Assembly: GCA_045643865.1 (NCBI GenBank)
Contig: JAZRFU010000071.1
Location: 1-50,091, forward strand
Direction: 5' to 3'
From: Eubacteriales bacterium
Lineage (GTDB): Bacteria > Bacillota > Clostridia > Oscillospirales > CAG-272
Length of the DNA stretch: 50,091 nucleotides
Shown: positions 18,689 through 26,392 of the stretch, piece by piece
Numbering within the stretch: position 1 is the first letter of the stretch
Layout: each line of letters opens with the position of its first letter
The notes under the pieces: generated by a model
The model's database searches: none
What the model was told of the DNA's origin: nothing
Seen by the model: the letters and a program-made list of their open reading frames with translations, nothing else
Translations under genes and position numbers: made by a program

Positions 18689-19402
18689 TTATTTTATAAT
18701 ATCCTTTATTATTTCGCCCGCCATTATAAGTCCCATAACAGACGGAACAAACGGCAAGCTTCCGGGAACGCTCTTGCCCGACTCCTCGTCAACTATTCCG
18801 CTTTTGCGCGGTTCTTCCTTGGAATACACCACCTTAAGATGTGAAATATTCCTTGCTTTAAGCTCGCGACGGATAACTCTTGCCAGCGGACAGACCGAGG
18901 TCTTATTTATATCCGCAACCTCAAAAGCCAGAGGATCGATCTTGTTTCCCGCTCCCATAGCGGAGATCACGGGCACGCCCGACCTGTATGCACGCTCGAT
19001 TATTTCGATTTTCGCCGTAACCGTATCTACCGCGTCTGCAATATAATCGTAGTTTGAAAGATCATAATCATCCGCATTATCGGGCATATAAAAAACGTGA
19101 TGCGCGTTGACCTTACATTGCGGATTGATATCCAGAATTCTCTCTTTCATAACCTCAACCTTGGAGCGACCAACGGTAGAATGAAGAGCTATTATCTGAC
19201 GGTTTATATTGGAAACGGACACGGTATCTCTGTCGAAAATATCTATCTGTCCTACTCCCGCCCTTGCCAATGCCTCACACACGTATCCGCCGACTCCACC
19301 GACACCGAATACCGCAACGCGCGCATTATTCAATTTTTCTATGGCACTCTCGCCCCAAACGTAAGCCGTGCGCGAAAATTCTTCAGCTACAGGCACAGTC
19401 AT
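18689..19402 (-). CDS. tcdA: tRNA threonylcarbamoyladenosine dehydratase (ThiF/HesA/MoeB family)
   Basis: VAVFGVGGVGGYVCEALARAGVGQIDIFDRDTVSVSNINRQ is an E1-like Rossmann motif. The 237-aa length is typical of TcdA/CsdL. Confidence 0.75.
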   Translation of the reverse strand: MTVPVAEEFSRTAYVWGESAIEKLNNARVAVFGVGGVGGYVCEALARAGVGQIDIFDRDTVSVSNINRQIIALHSTVGRSKVEVMKERILDINPQCKVNAHHVFYMPDNADDYDLSNYDYIADAVDTVTAKIEIIERAYRSGVPVISAMGAGNKIDPLAFEVADINKTSVCPLARVIRRELKARNISHLKVVYSKEEPRKSGIVDEESGKSVPGSLPFVPSVMGLIMAGEIIKDIIK

Positions 19403-19524
19403 CGCCCCTTTCTCTATCGTGTTACCTTATTTTATCATATTTCTGTGAAATAATCAAGTTGCTATTTACAAAAAATCAAATTCGTTATATAATTTAATTA
19501 ACGAACTAAAACGGAGAGCTTTTA

Positions 19525-20079
19525 ATGAACGAAAATTTACTTATAGAAAAAGAAAAGGACAGCGAGCTGATTTTTGACGGCAAGGTTCTGCACCTTTACC
19601 GAGATACTGTGACCTTATCGGATGGCAGCGAATCGATACGTGAATATTGCAAGCATAACGGCGGTGTTTGTGTTCTTCCGCTCACCTGTGACAATGAGGT
19701 CATCTGCGTTCGCCAATACAGATACGCGCACCGAGAAATAACCTTGGAGATACCTGCGGGAAAGCTGGAATCAACTGATACCGACATACGCTCTGCCGCC
19801 TTGCGCGAGCTTCGCGAGGAGGTTGGGGTTGAGTGTGACGAGCTTGTCTATCTCGGTCCTATGTATCCCTCACCTGCGCTTATGGACGAAATAATACATA
19901 TTTTCTGGGCACGCAGTCTTAAATATGGAGAAGCCGATCTTGATGAGGGCGAATTTCTTGAGTGCGAACGCATTCCGCTTTCAAAAATGGTTGAAATGGC
20001 TCTCGCGGGAGAAGTTCCCGATGCAAAGACACAGCTTGCCGTGCTTAAAGTAAACGCGCTTATAAAAAACAAACAGTAA
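19525..20079 (+). CDS. nudF: NUDIX hydrolase (ADP-ribose pyrophosphatase-like)
   Basis: Nudix box GKLESTDTDIRSAALRELREEVG. The 184-aa size and N-terminal beta region are typical of NudF. Confidence 0.8.
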   Translation: MNENLLIEKEKDSELIFDGKVLHLYRDTVTLSDGSESIREYCKHNGGVCVLPLTCDNEVICVRQYRYAHREITLEIPAGKLESTDTDIRSAALRELREEVGVECDELVYLGPMYPSPALMDEIIHIFWARSLKYGEADLDEGEFLECERIPLSKMVEMALAGEVPDAKTQLAVLKVNALIKNKQ

Positions 20080-20083
20080 TAAA

Positions 20084-20121
20084 AAGATCACGCCCCTTCA
20101 ATCAGAGGGACGTGATTTTTT
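20084..20121. terminator. Bidirectional terminator between nudF and the membrane-protein gene
   Basis: AAAAAGAUCACGCCCC...GGGACGUGAUUUUUU imperfect hairpin with flanking A and T tracts. Confidence 0.6.
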
Positions 20122-20127
20122 ATTGCT

Positions 20128-20706
20128 TTATTTCAAAAATCTGAATTTTTTACGTAATCGGAACAGATATACGGATATAAGTCGCGTAAGTGCTATGTCG
20201 TACACGACAAACGCAACGTTGACAAACAGATACATTCCTATCGCGAACAACGAACCCATCGACGGATCACCGAAAATCGAGTAGAACGTATCTATGACGG
20301 TTTTACTCTGTTGAGGTCCTAAAAACAGAAAATATGCGACAGTCACACAGATCCATATAGCTCCGTTCAGTACAGCAAGCTTAATCAGCCAAGCAATCGG
20401 CTTTGCCATACGCTCAAACTTCTCTTTTATGATAGGATAGTAGCCGAAAAACAGCACGTAAAACCAGCCGCTCATTTTATATGGCATAAGTATGACCGCC
20501 AAAATACCCGTAACTGCATATATCATAAACGGATACGCTCCGCCAAGCTCTATAACCGCAAGCACGCACAAGAACGACGCCAGCGCCGCCATCGAAAGAT
20601 CAAGTGTTTCAAGCATAGATCCAAGGAACAGTATTGCGACTCCAAGGGCAGATAAAACTGCGCCAACGGTCATTTTTTTAGTTTTTTCGGAAATTCCGCG
20701 CGCCAT
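20128..20706 (-). CDS. Integral membrane protein of unknown function (about 6 TM)
   Basis: Hydrophobic 192-aa product. The start is placed at ATG 20706 (MARGISEK) behind AAGGAGGG. It is the last gene of the DUF5685-like / J-protein operon. Confidence 0.6.
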   Translation of the reverse strand: MARGISEKTKKMTVGAVLSALGVAILFLGSMLETLDLSMAALASFLCVLAVIELGGAYPFMIYAVTGILAVILMPYKMSGWFYVLFFGYYPIIKEKFERMAKPIAWLIKLAVLNGAIWICVTVAYFLFLGPQQSKTVIDTFYSIFGDPSMGSLFAIGMYLFVNVAFVVYDIALTRLISVYLFRLRKKFRFLK

Positions 20707-20780
20707 CTTACCCTCCTTAAATGACAATCATAAAGTGCTTAAAATTTAAGGGAACCCATAAAGTTCCCCTTAAATCGTGA

Positions 20781-21404
20781 TCAACAGCATCTGATAAGGT
20801 CGCCGCCCATACACTCGCAGCAACAGTCCGCGCAAAGCAAGGATGAACAAACGTCACATCCCGAGCAGCCGCCCGCGTTGTTGGTCTGGTATCCACCGCC
20901 GTATCCGCGCGCCTGCATATTAAGACGGTCACGTGTGGCTCTGTACTCGGAGTTTGAGGGATCCATCGTGCACGCGGTATTTATCATTCTCTGCGCATCA
21001 ACGTAATAGCCCTTCTTGATAAGAACACTACCCATAAGGAAATGCCACTCTGCCGCACGGTCACCCGGATCTATAGAGTTAAGCTCTGCCTCTGCCGCGC
21101 CTACGTTTCCCATGTTTATATTTCTGCGGATATTTGCATAATTATATCCGCCGCCACTATTGGCATTATTGTAAGAATTATATCCGCCTTGAGATCCCTT
21201 TGACGAGCGTATGCGCTGAATTTCCTCATACGCCATATTTACCTCTTTCATCTTTTCCTCAGCAAGCTCCTTGAGGTCGCCGTCAGCATATTTATCGGGA
21301 TGATATTTGCGCGCAAGCTTTCTGTACGCCTGCTTTACGTCATCGTCACTTGCCGTAGGATCAACCCCCAGCACCTTATATGGATCCTTATATGAATCAG
21401 CCAT
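20781..21404 (-). CDS. J-domain protein with G/Y/N-rich linkers, a TPR-like helical segment and a C-terminal cysteine string
   Basis: J domain [33 protein letters not shown] (HPD present). The tail [28 protein letters not shown] has 10 Cys in 28 residues. Confidence 0.8.
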   Translation of the reverse strand: MADSYKDPYKVLGVDPTASDDDVKQAYRKLARKYHPDKYADGDLKELAEEKMKEVNMAYEEIQRIRSSKGSQGGYNSYNNANSGGGYNYANIRRNINMGNVGAAEAELNSIDPGDRAAEWHFLMGSVLIKKGYYVDAQRMINTACTMDPSNSEYRATRDRLNMQARGYGGGYQTNNAGGCSGCDVCSSLLCADCCCECMGGDLIRCC

Positions 21405-21431
21405 TTCTCTTTCCTTTCAATACTCTCAAAG

Positions 21432-22304
21432 TTATCCGCCGCGCTTGCCCTTGCAGGTAAGTCCTAAGACCTGCTCTGCCACATTTGGCATTCCGCGGTA
21501 TATTATATTACTAACGATACCCTCAATATGAGGCAGGTCGCCATAATCCACCAGATCAAACGCCGGCTCTGCGCCAAGCAGCTCCAACTTGAGCGAATCA
21601 TATACGCTCTGTTTATCCGAAATCGGTATTTCTCCGCCGTACAGACATGCGAATGCATTGAAACGATCTTTTTTGATGTCCTCGTCAAGATCATCTGCCG
21701 CGTCCACTATATATATCCATCTGCCCACGTGCTTTCCGATATTTCGCATTATTCTGAACTTATCGCCCTCAAGTCCAAACGATAAAATGTCGGCAAGAAT
21801 ATCTCCAAACGCATCTGCGGGCGTGTCAACCGACGGCAATCGCTTTTTCTCAATGTCAGAAAGCCGCTTTAATCCCTCAAACACGCGAACATCAAGCTCG
21901 CTGTATTTTTTAAGAGCGCGTTTTCTCATGCCCTTGACGAACGGTTTTACAACAATTGCCTTAAATCGCTTGAATCCGCGCTCATCGTTTATATCGTCAA
22001 CCGTTTTTCCATAAGCAAGTATGGCAGCGGCGTAAGCACAATATGCAAGCGGCTCGCAATATGCCACGTACGCTCTTTTACGGAACGGGTGGGCAATACA
22101 TCTGCCACGTTTTATTTCGGTTTGCTTGCCATCTGCGGCAATACGCAAAAGCGCCAGAAACGCTATGTCGTAGCTGAGCGTCATGCGCGAGCACTGTCCC
22201 GTGCATTTTCCCTGCGCGCGACAAAGCCCGCAATATACGGCACGGTAATATTCATTTTCCCGAACACGAAGCTCCGGTGTATCGGTGCGAATATATCCGA
22301 ACAT
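21432..22304 (-). CDS. DUF5685-like protein with an N-terminal four-Cys cluster
   Basis: MFGYIRTDTPELRVRENEYYRAVYCGLCRAQGKCTGQCSR. The start is moved to M22 (ATG 22304) behind AGGAGAG. The family assignment is from memory of this N-terminal signature. Confidence 0.55.
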   Translation of the reverse strand: MFGYIRTDTPELRVRENEYYRAVYCGLCRAQGKCTGQCSRMTLSYDIAFLALLRIAADGKQTEIKRGRCIAHPFRKRAYVAYCEPLAYCAYAAAILAYGKTVDDINDERGFKRFKAIVVKPFVKGMRKRALKKYSELDVRVFEGLKRLSDIEKKRLPSVDTPADAFGDILADILSFGLEGDKFRIMRNIGKHVGRWIYIVDAADDLDEDIKKDRFNAFACLYGGEIPISDKQSVYDSLKLELLGAEPAFDLVDYGDLPHIEGIVSNIIYRGMPNVAEQVLGLTCKGKRGG

Positions 22305-22517
22305 ATAACGCTCTCTCCTTACATAACAATACATATTAATGATACTACAACTTGGCACATTTTGCAAGGGCTTTTTGTGAATTTTATTTGATTAAATAGG
22401 TATTTATATGTGATATATTAATATTTTCTTGATTTTTTTTGTTTTTCCACTTGAAATTACGTCAAAAATCAGTTATACTAATGAGTGGAAAATTTTTTTG
22501 GAGGATCAGTATAAAAA

Positions 22518-24182
22518 ATGGCATTTACACTTAACAAATCCGCAAAATTCAACGGAGTAAAAGGTCCTGTTCTCACCATCGTTATGGACGGCGTAGGTCT
22601 GGCTCCCGATACAATATCAAACGCGGTTGCAGGCGCATACACGCCCAATCTTGATATGCTTATGGCAAAGTATCCCATGGTGTCGCTCAAGGCACACGGT
22701 ACGGCGGTAGGTCTTCCCTCCGACGACGATATGGGTAACAGTGAGGTAGGTCATAACGCGCTTGGCGCAGGTCAGGTATTTGCTCAGGGCGCAAAGCTTG
22801 TAACGCAGTCCATCGAAAGCGGCAAAATGTTCGCGTCTGACACGTGGAAAGAGGTTATTTCCAACGTAAAGAGCAACAATTCCACCCTTCACTTCCTTGG
22901 TCTTTTCTCCGACGGAAACGTTCACTCTCATATAGATCACCTCAAGGCAATGATCGCAGAGGCGAAGACGGAGGGTGTCGCAAATATCCGTATCCATATA
23001 CTCATCGACGGTCGTGACGTTGGTGAAACGAGCGCGCTTGAATATATCGATCCCTTTGAGGAATATATCGCCTCCCTCTCCGACGCTGACTGCAATATTA
23101 AGATCGCAAGCGGCGGCGGCAGAATGAAGATCACGATGGACCGTTACGAAGCCGATTGGTCTATGGTAGAGCTTGGATGGAAAACTCACGTGCTTGGTAT
23201 CGGTCGTCAGTTTGCGAGCGCTCACGAGGCAGTTGAGACGTACAGAGCCGAGCTCCACGTTATCGACCAAGATCTTCCCCCCTTCGTTATCGCGGAAAAC
23301 GGCGCTCCTGTTGGTACGGTGAACGACGGCGATAGCGTGGTATTCTTCAACTTCCGCGGCGACCGTTCCATTGAGATCTCCAAGACCTTTGATGCGGCAG
23401 ACGGCGAGTTTGCAAAGTTCGACAGAGTGCGTGTGCCCTCCGTGGTCTACGCAGGTATGCTCGAATACGACGGCGACCTCCATATTCCTCACAAATATCT
23501 CGTAAATCCCCCCGAAATAACCGAAACTATGGGCGAATATCTCGCAAACACGGGAGTAAGCCAGTACGCTATATCCGAAACACAGAAATACGGTCACGTA
23601 ACTTATTTCTGGAACGGAAACAAGTCGGGCAAATTCTCCGAGGAGCTTGAAACATACGTTGAGGTCCCCTCCGACGTGGTTCCCTTTGAGCAGAGACCTT
23701 GGATGAAGTGCGCAGAGATCACCGACAAGCTCATCGAAGCGCTTGAATCGGGCAAATATACCTATCTGCGCGTAAACTTCCCCAACGGAGATATGGTAGG
23801 TCATACGGGCAGTCTTGCGGCAACACGTTGCTCTATGGAAGCGCTTGACCTCCAGCTCGGCAGAATTCTTCCCATAGTTGACAAGATGGGCGGAGTTGCT
23901 CTCATCACCGCTGACCACGGAAATGCCGACGAAATGTATGAAATGGACAAGAAGACAGGTCTTCCCAAGGTTTCCAAGGACGGTAAGATGAAGTCAAAGA
24001 CCAGCCACACGCTCAACCCCGTTCCTTGCATCATCTATGACAATACCGATGCAAAGGATCACTACACCGTAAAGGCAGACAACGGACAGTTCGGCCTTTC
24101 AAACGTTGCAGCTACTATGGTCAACCTTATGGGATACGAAGCTCCCGAGAAGTGGGACGAAAGCATTATCGAGCTTAAATAA
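22518..24182 (+). CDS. gpmI: 2,3-bisphosphoglycerate-independent phosphoglycerate mutase (long form)
   Basis: 554 aa with VLTIVMDGVGL...GNSEVGHNALGAG...ADHGNADEM, the metalloenzyme/iPGM motifs. Confidence 0.9.
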   Translation: MAFTLNKSAKFNGVKGPVLTIVMDGVGLAPDTISNAVAGAYTPNLDMLMAKYPMVSLKAHGTAVGLPSDDDMGNSEVGHNALGAGQVFAQGAKLVTQSIESGKMFASDTWKEVISNVKSNNSTLHFLGLFSDGNVHSHIDHLKAMIAEAKTEGVANIRIHILIDGRDVGETSALEYIDPFEEYIASLSDADCNIKIASGGGRMKITMDRYEADWSMVELGWKTHVLGIGRQFASAHEAVETYRAELHVIDQDLPPFVIAENGAPVGTVNDGDSVVFFNFRGDRSIEISKTFDAADGEFAKFDRVRVPSVVYAGMLEYDGDLHIPHKYLVNPPEITETMGEYLANTGVSQYAISETQKYGHVTYFWNGNKSGKFSEELETYVEVPSDVVPFEQRPWMKCAEITDKLIEALESGKYTYLRVNFPNGDMVGHTGSLAATRCSMEALDLQLGRILPIVDKMGGVALITADHGNADEMYEMDKKTGLPKVSKDGKMKSKTSHTLNPVPCIIYDNTDAKDHYTVKADNGQFGLSNVAATMVNLMGYEAPEKWDESIIELK

Positions 24183-24195
24183 TCCAATAAAATCA

Positions 24196-24229
24196 AAAAT
24201 AACCACCCGCCGTAACGGGTGGTTATTTT
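24196..24229. terminator. Bidirectional terminator after gpmI
   Basis: AAAAAUAACCACCCG-N6-CGGGUGGUUAUUUU. Confidence 0.7.
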
Positions 24230-24238
24230 AATTAGCTT

Positions 24239-24469
24239 TTATTCAACTGATTCGTCCGAAAACAAGACCTTTACAAGCTCGGACGCTTGTTCAAAATGCT
24301 CCTTGGGCACATAAACCTTGAGCCGCTCCTGCATACCTGCTCGAATAACAAGCCCTGCGCCATGTACTGATTTTGCGGCGCACGGAATACCGTTGTCCCT
24401 CAAAACCTCCATGAGCATTCTCGCCCACATTTCCTCTTTTTCGATCAACAGTTCATATCCATTACACAT
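24239..24469 (-). CDS. Small protein, DUF2007-like (putative signal-transducing fold), 76 aa
   Basis: MCNGYELLIEKEEMWARMLMEVLRDNGIPCAAKSVHGAGL... The ATG at 24469 lies 2 nt after the stop of the upstream small ORF (TAAttATG), with GGGGAG upstream. The longer ORF-track version would overlap the upstream gene. Confidence 0.45.
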   Translation of the reverse strand: MCNGYELLIEKEEMWARMLMEVLRDNGIPCAAKSVHGAGLVIRAGMQERLKVYVPKEHFEQASELVKVLFSDESVE

Positions 24470-24471
24470 AA

Positions 24472-24759
24472 TTATCCGTTTCTCCCCATACATGTCACGG
24501 TATTTACAAAGCGAGTTCTGCCAAAAAATACCGCAAATGTGTATTGTCTGCCATTTTGCATTTTCACAATAACCGTAGGCAAAATGAAAAGCCATCCCTT
24601 AGTCACTTCGCAAATATCCTTGTATTTCATTACTAAATGTCGGTATTCTTGAGGCACGGTTAGCTTGCCGGTTCGGTAAGTAATTGCTTCTGCATCAGCA
24701 ACGATACTCCCTCCGATAATTCCATTCTGAACTAAGCTGACAGTAAAATATTTCTTCAT
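24472..24759 (-). CDS. Small protein, bacterial PH/GRAM-like, 95 aa
   Basis: MKKYFTVSLVQNGIIGGSIVADAEAITYRTGKLTVPQEYRHLVMKYKDICEVTKGWLFILPTVIVKMQNGRQYTF. A promoter, TTTACT-17-TGgTATAAT, lies at about 24848-24876 on the minus strand. Confidence 0.45.
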   Translation of the reverse strand: MKKYFTVSLVQNGIIGGSIVADAEAITYRTGKLTVPQEYRHLVMKYKDICEVTKGWLFILPTVIVKMQNGRQYTFAVFFGRTRFVNTVTCMGRNG

Positions 24760-24889
24760 AATACAGACTCCCAAAAAATCAAATTAATTTTGCGATATAC
24801 ATAATTATCATCGCAGAAATTCCGCAAGTTTATCGATTAGTTGTATTATACCATAAAAACGGTGAAAAGTAAATAGGACGGCGGGAAAT

Positions 24890-25008
24890 GAGATTTGAGA
24901 TTTGAGATTTGAGATTTGAGATTTGAGATTTGAGATTTGAGATTTGAGATTAGAGTGTAGAGTTTAGAGATTAGAGTTTAGAGTTTAGAGTTTAGAGTTA
25001 TGAGTTTG
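24890..25008. repeat. Heptanucleotide tandem repeat: 8 perfect GAGATTT units followed by 9 degenerate GAGTTTA-type units
   Basis: Counted directly. Unit starts fall every 7 nt from 24890 to 25002. Units 1-8 are identical; units 9-17 read GAGATTA/GAGTGTA/GAGTTTA/GAGTTAT/GAGTTTG. Confidence 0.95.
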
Positions 25009-25048
25009 CTTTGCAAACGTTATGATACGCTTTGCAAACGTTATGATA
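25008..25048. repeat. Direct repeat, 2 x 20 bp at a 21-bp period, each containing the palindrome TTTGCAAA
   Basis: GCTTTGCAAACGTTATGATA occurs at 25008-25027 and 25029-25048. Confidence 0.9.
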
Positions 25049-25082
25049 TGATTGCCCGAGTCCCCTCAACGCGACATAGTCG

Positions 25083-25136
25083 CTCATAACTTGGTGTAGC
25101 CAATCATAACTCATAACTTGCCGCAAGGCAATCATA
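25083..25136. repeat. Direct repeat, 2 x 27 bp, each unit containing a small hairpin with compensatory changes
   Basis: CTCATAACTTGgtgtagCCAATCATA(A) at 25083-25109 and CTCATAACTTGCCgcaaGGCAATCATA at 25110-25136. The internal TTGG/CCAA stem becomes TTGCC/GGCAA. Confidence 0.85.
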
Positions 25137-25155
25137 GTTGTTCTCCAAGAGATAA

Positions 25156-25189
25156 CAAAAAATGCCGCGCTGATGCGGAGCATTTTTTG
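25156..25189 (-). terminator. rplM-rpsI operon terminator
   Basis: Minus strand: AAAAAAUGCUCCGC-AUCAGC-GCGGCAUUUUUU. It is preceded by a second UUCG/CGAA-loop hairpin (25194-25212) directly after the rpsI stop. Confidence 0.65.
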
Positions 25190-25212
25190 TAAGTTTCGAC
25201 CTTCGGTCGAAA

Positions 25213-25614
25213 TTATCTCTTGGAGAACTGAGGAGCACGACGAGCGCCCTTGAGTCCGTATTTCTTTCTTTCCTTCATACGAGGGTCTCTGGTGAGGAAT
25301 CCTGCTGCCTTGAGAGCGGGACGGTAGTTCTCGTCTGCGCTTACAAGAGCTCTTGCGATACCGTGACGGATCGCACCTGCCTGACCGGAGATACCGCCGC
25401 CGTTAACGTTTGCAACAATGTCAAACTTGCCAACAGTTCCGGTTACGCCAAAGGGCTGGTTGATGATGAGCTTGAGTGTTTCAAGACCGAAATACTCGTC
25501 AATATCCTTACCGTTGATGGTTATATTGCCGTTGCCGGGATATACTCTTACACGAGCAACGGATTTCTTTCTTCTACCAGTGCCGTAGAAGTAGGGCTTT
25601 GCACTTGTATACAT
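25213..25614 (-). CDS. rpsI: 30S ribosomal protein S9
   Basis: [27 protein letters not shown] ... [19 protein letters not shown] ... [27 protein letters not shown]. Confidence 0.95.
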   Translation of the reverse strand: MYTSAKPYFYGTGRRKKSVARVRVYPGNGNITINGKDIDEYFGLETLKLIINQPFGVTGTVGKFDIVANVNGGGISGQAGAIRHGIARALVSADENYRPALKAAGFLTRDPRMKERKKYGLKGARRAPQFSKR

Positions 25615-25639
25615 AGGTTACTTCCTTCCTTTCTTCTAA

Positions 25640-26068
25640 TTAAAACTCGTAGGTCTCGGGCTTCTGTGCTGCATGGTTGTGCGCGTCACCTGCATAAACC
25701 TTGAGGCGAGTAGCAGCTGCTCTTCCGAGAGAGTTCTTAGGAAGCATTCCCTTAACTGCTGTTTCCATTGCAAACTCGGGCTTTTCAGCCATGATCTTCT
25801 TATACTGTACGCTCTTAAGACCACCGATGTATCCGGAGTGTCTCTGATAGTACTTCTGTTCAAGCTTCTTACCGGTAAGAACTGCCTTATCAGCGTTGAT
25901 TACGATAACGAAGTTTCCACAGTCAACGTGGGGTGTAAATTCAGGAGCATTCTTGCCGCGAAGAAGGTCTGCTGCAACAACAGCGGTTCTGCCGAGGGGC
26001 TTATTTGCTGCGTCGATAACGTACCACTTGCGGACAACTGCTTCTTTTTTCTGCATAAAAGTAGACAT
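25640..26068 (-). CDS. rplM: 50S ribosomal protein L13
   Basis: [47 protein letters not shown]...[19 protein letters not shown]. Confidence 0.95.
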   Translation of the reverse strand: MSTFMQKKEAVVRKWYVIDAANKPLGRTAVVAADLLRGKNAPEFTPHVDCGNFVIVINADKAVLTGKKLEQKYYQRHSGYIGGLKSVQYKKIMAEKPEFAMETAVKGMLPKNSLGRAAATRLKVYAGDAHNHAAQKPETYEF

Positions 26069-26121
26069 TTTTTGTTATCCTCCAATTTAGTCTGAGATGT
26101 TCTCTTTTTTTAACCTTGCAT

Positions 26122-26150
26122 ATTATATCACAAGCGTTTTTGTTTGTCAA
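26122..26150 (-). promoter_or_regulatory. Sigma-A consensus promoter of rplM-rpsI
   Basis: Minus strand: TTGACA (26145-26150), 17-nt spacer, TATAAT (26122-26127). Phased A-tracts lie upstream (26201-26228). Confidence 0.6.
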
Positions 26151-26392
26151 TACCTTTTTTGAAATTTTTTTCGTTTTTTTAATTTAGCATTTACAAAGCT
26201 CTCGTTTTCTCGTTTTTTCTCGTTTTTTCATATTGTTTGCTTTGAAATAATGTGAAAAAAATTTTTTAATATTTTTTGATATTTGCCCACCTGACGCCTA
26301 TATTTTATCATTTTTCGGATTTTTGTTATATTTTCTCTGCCATACGTCATAAAATTAACCGTATATAAAAAACGGCGGAGGTAAAACTTGCA

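Noticed and set aside
24890-25137. Possible CRISPR array.
   Set aside because: The repeat units are 7, 21 and 27 bp with no unique spacers of 25-40 bp. No cas genes are in the window. It is a microsatellite plus short modular repeats, not CRISPR.
24998-25183. A 61-aa minus-strand ORF in the rpsI-downstream region.
   Set aside because: Its sequence is generated by the direct and inverted repeats themselves (for example the repeated YHNVCKA), it spans the rpsI terminator, and it has no RBS. I treat the region as non-coding repeats.
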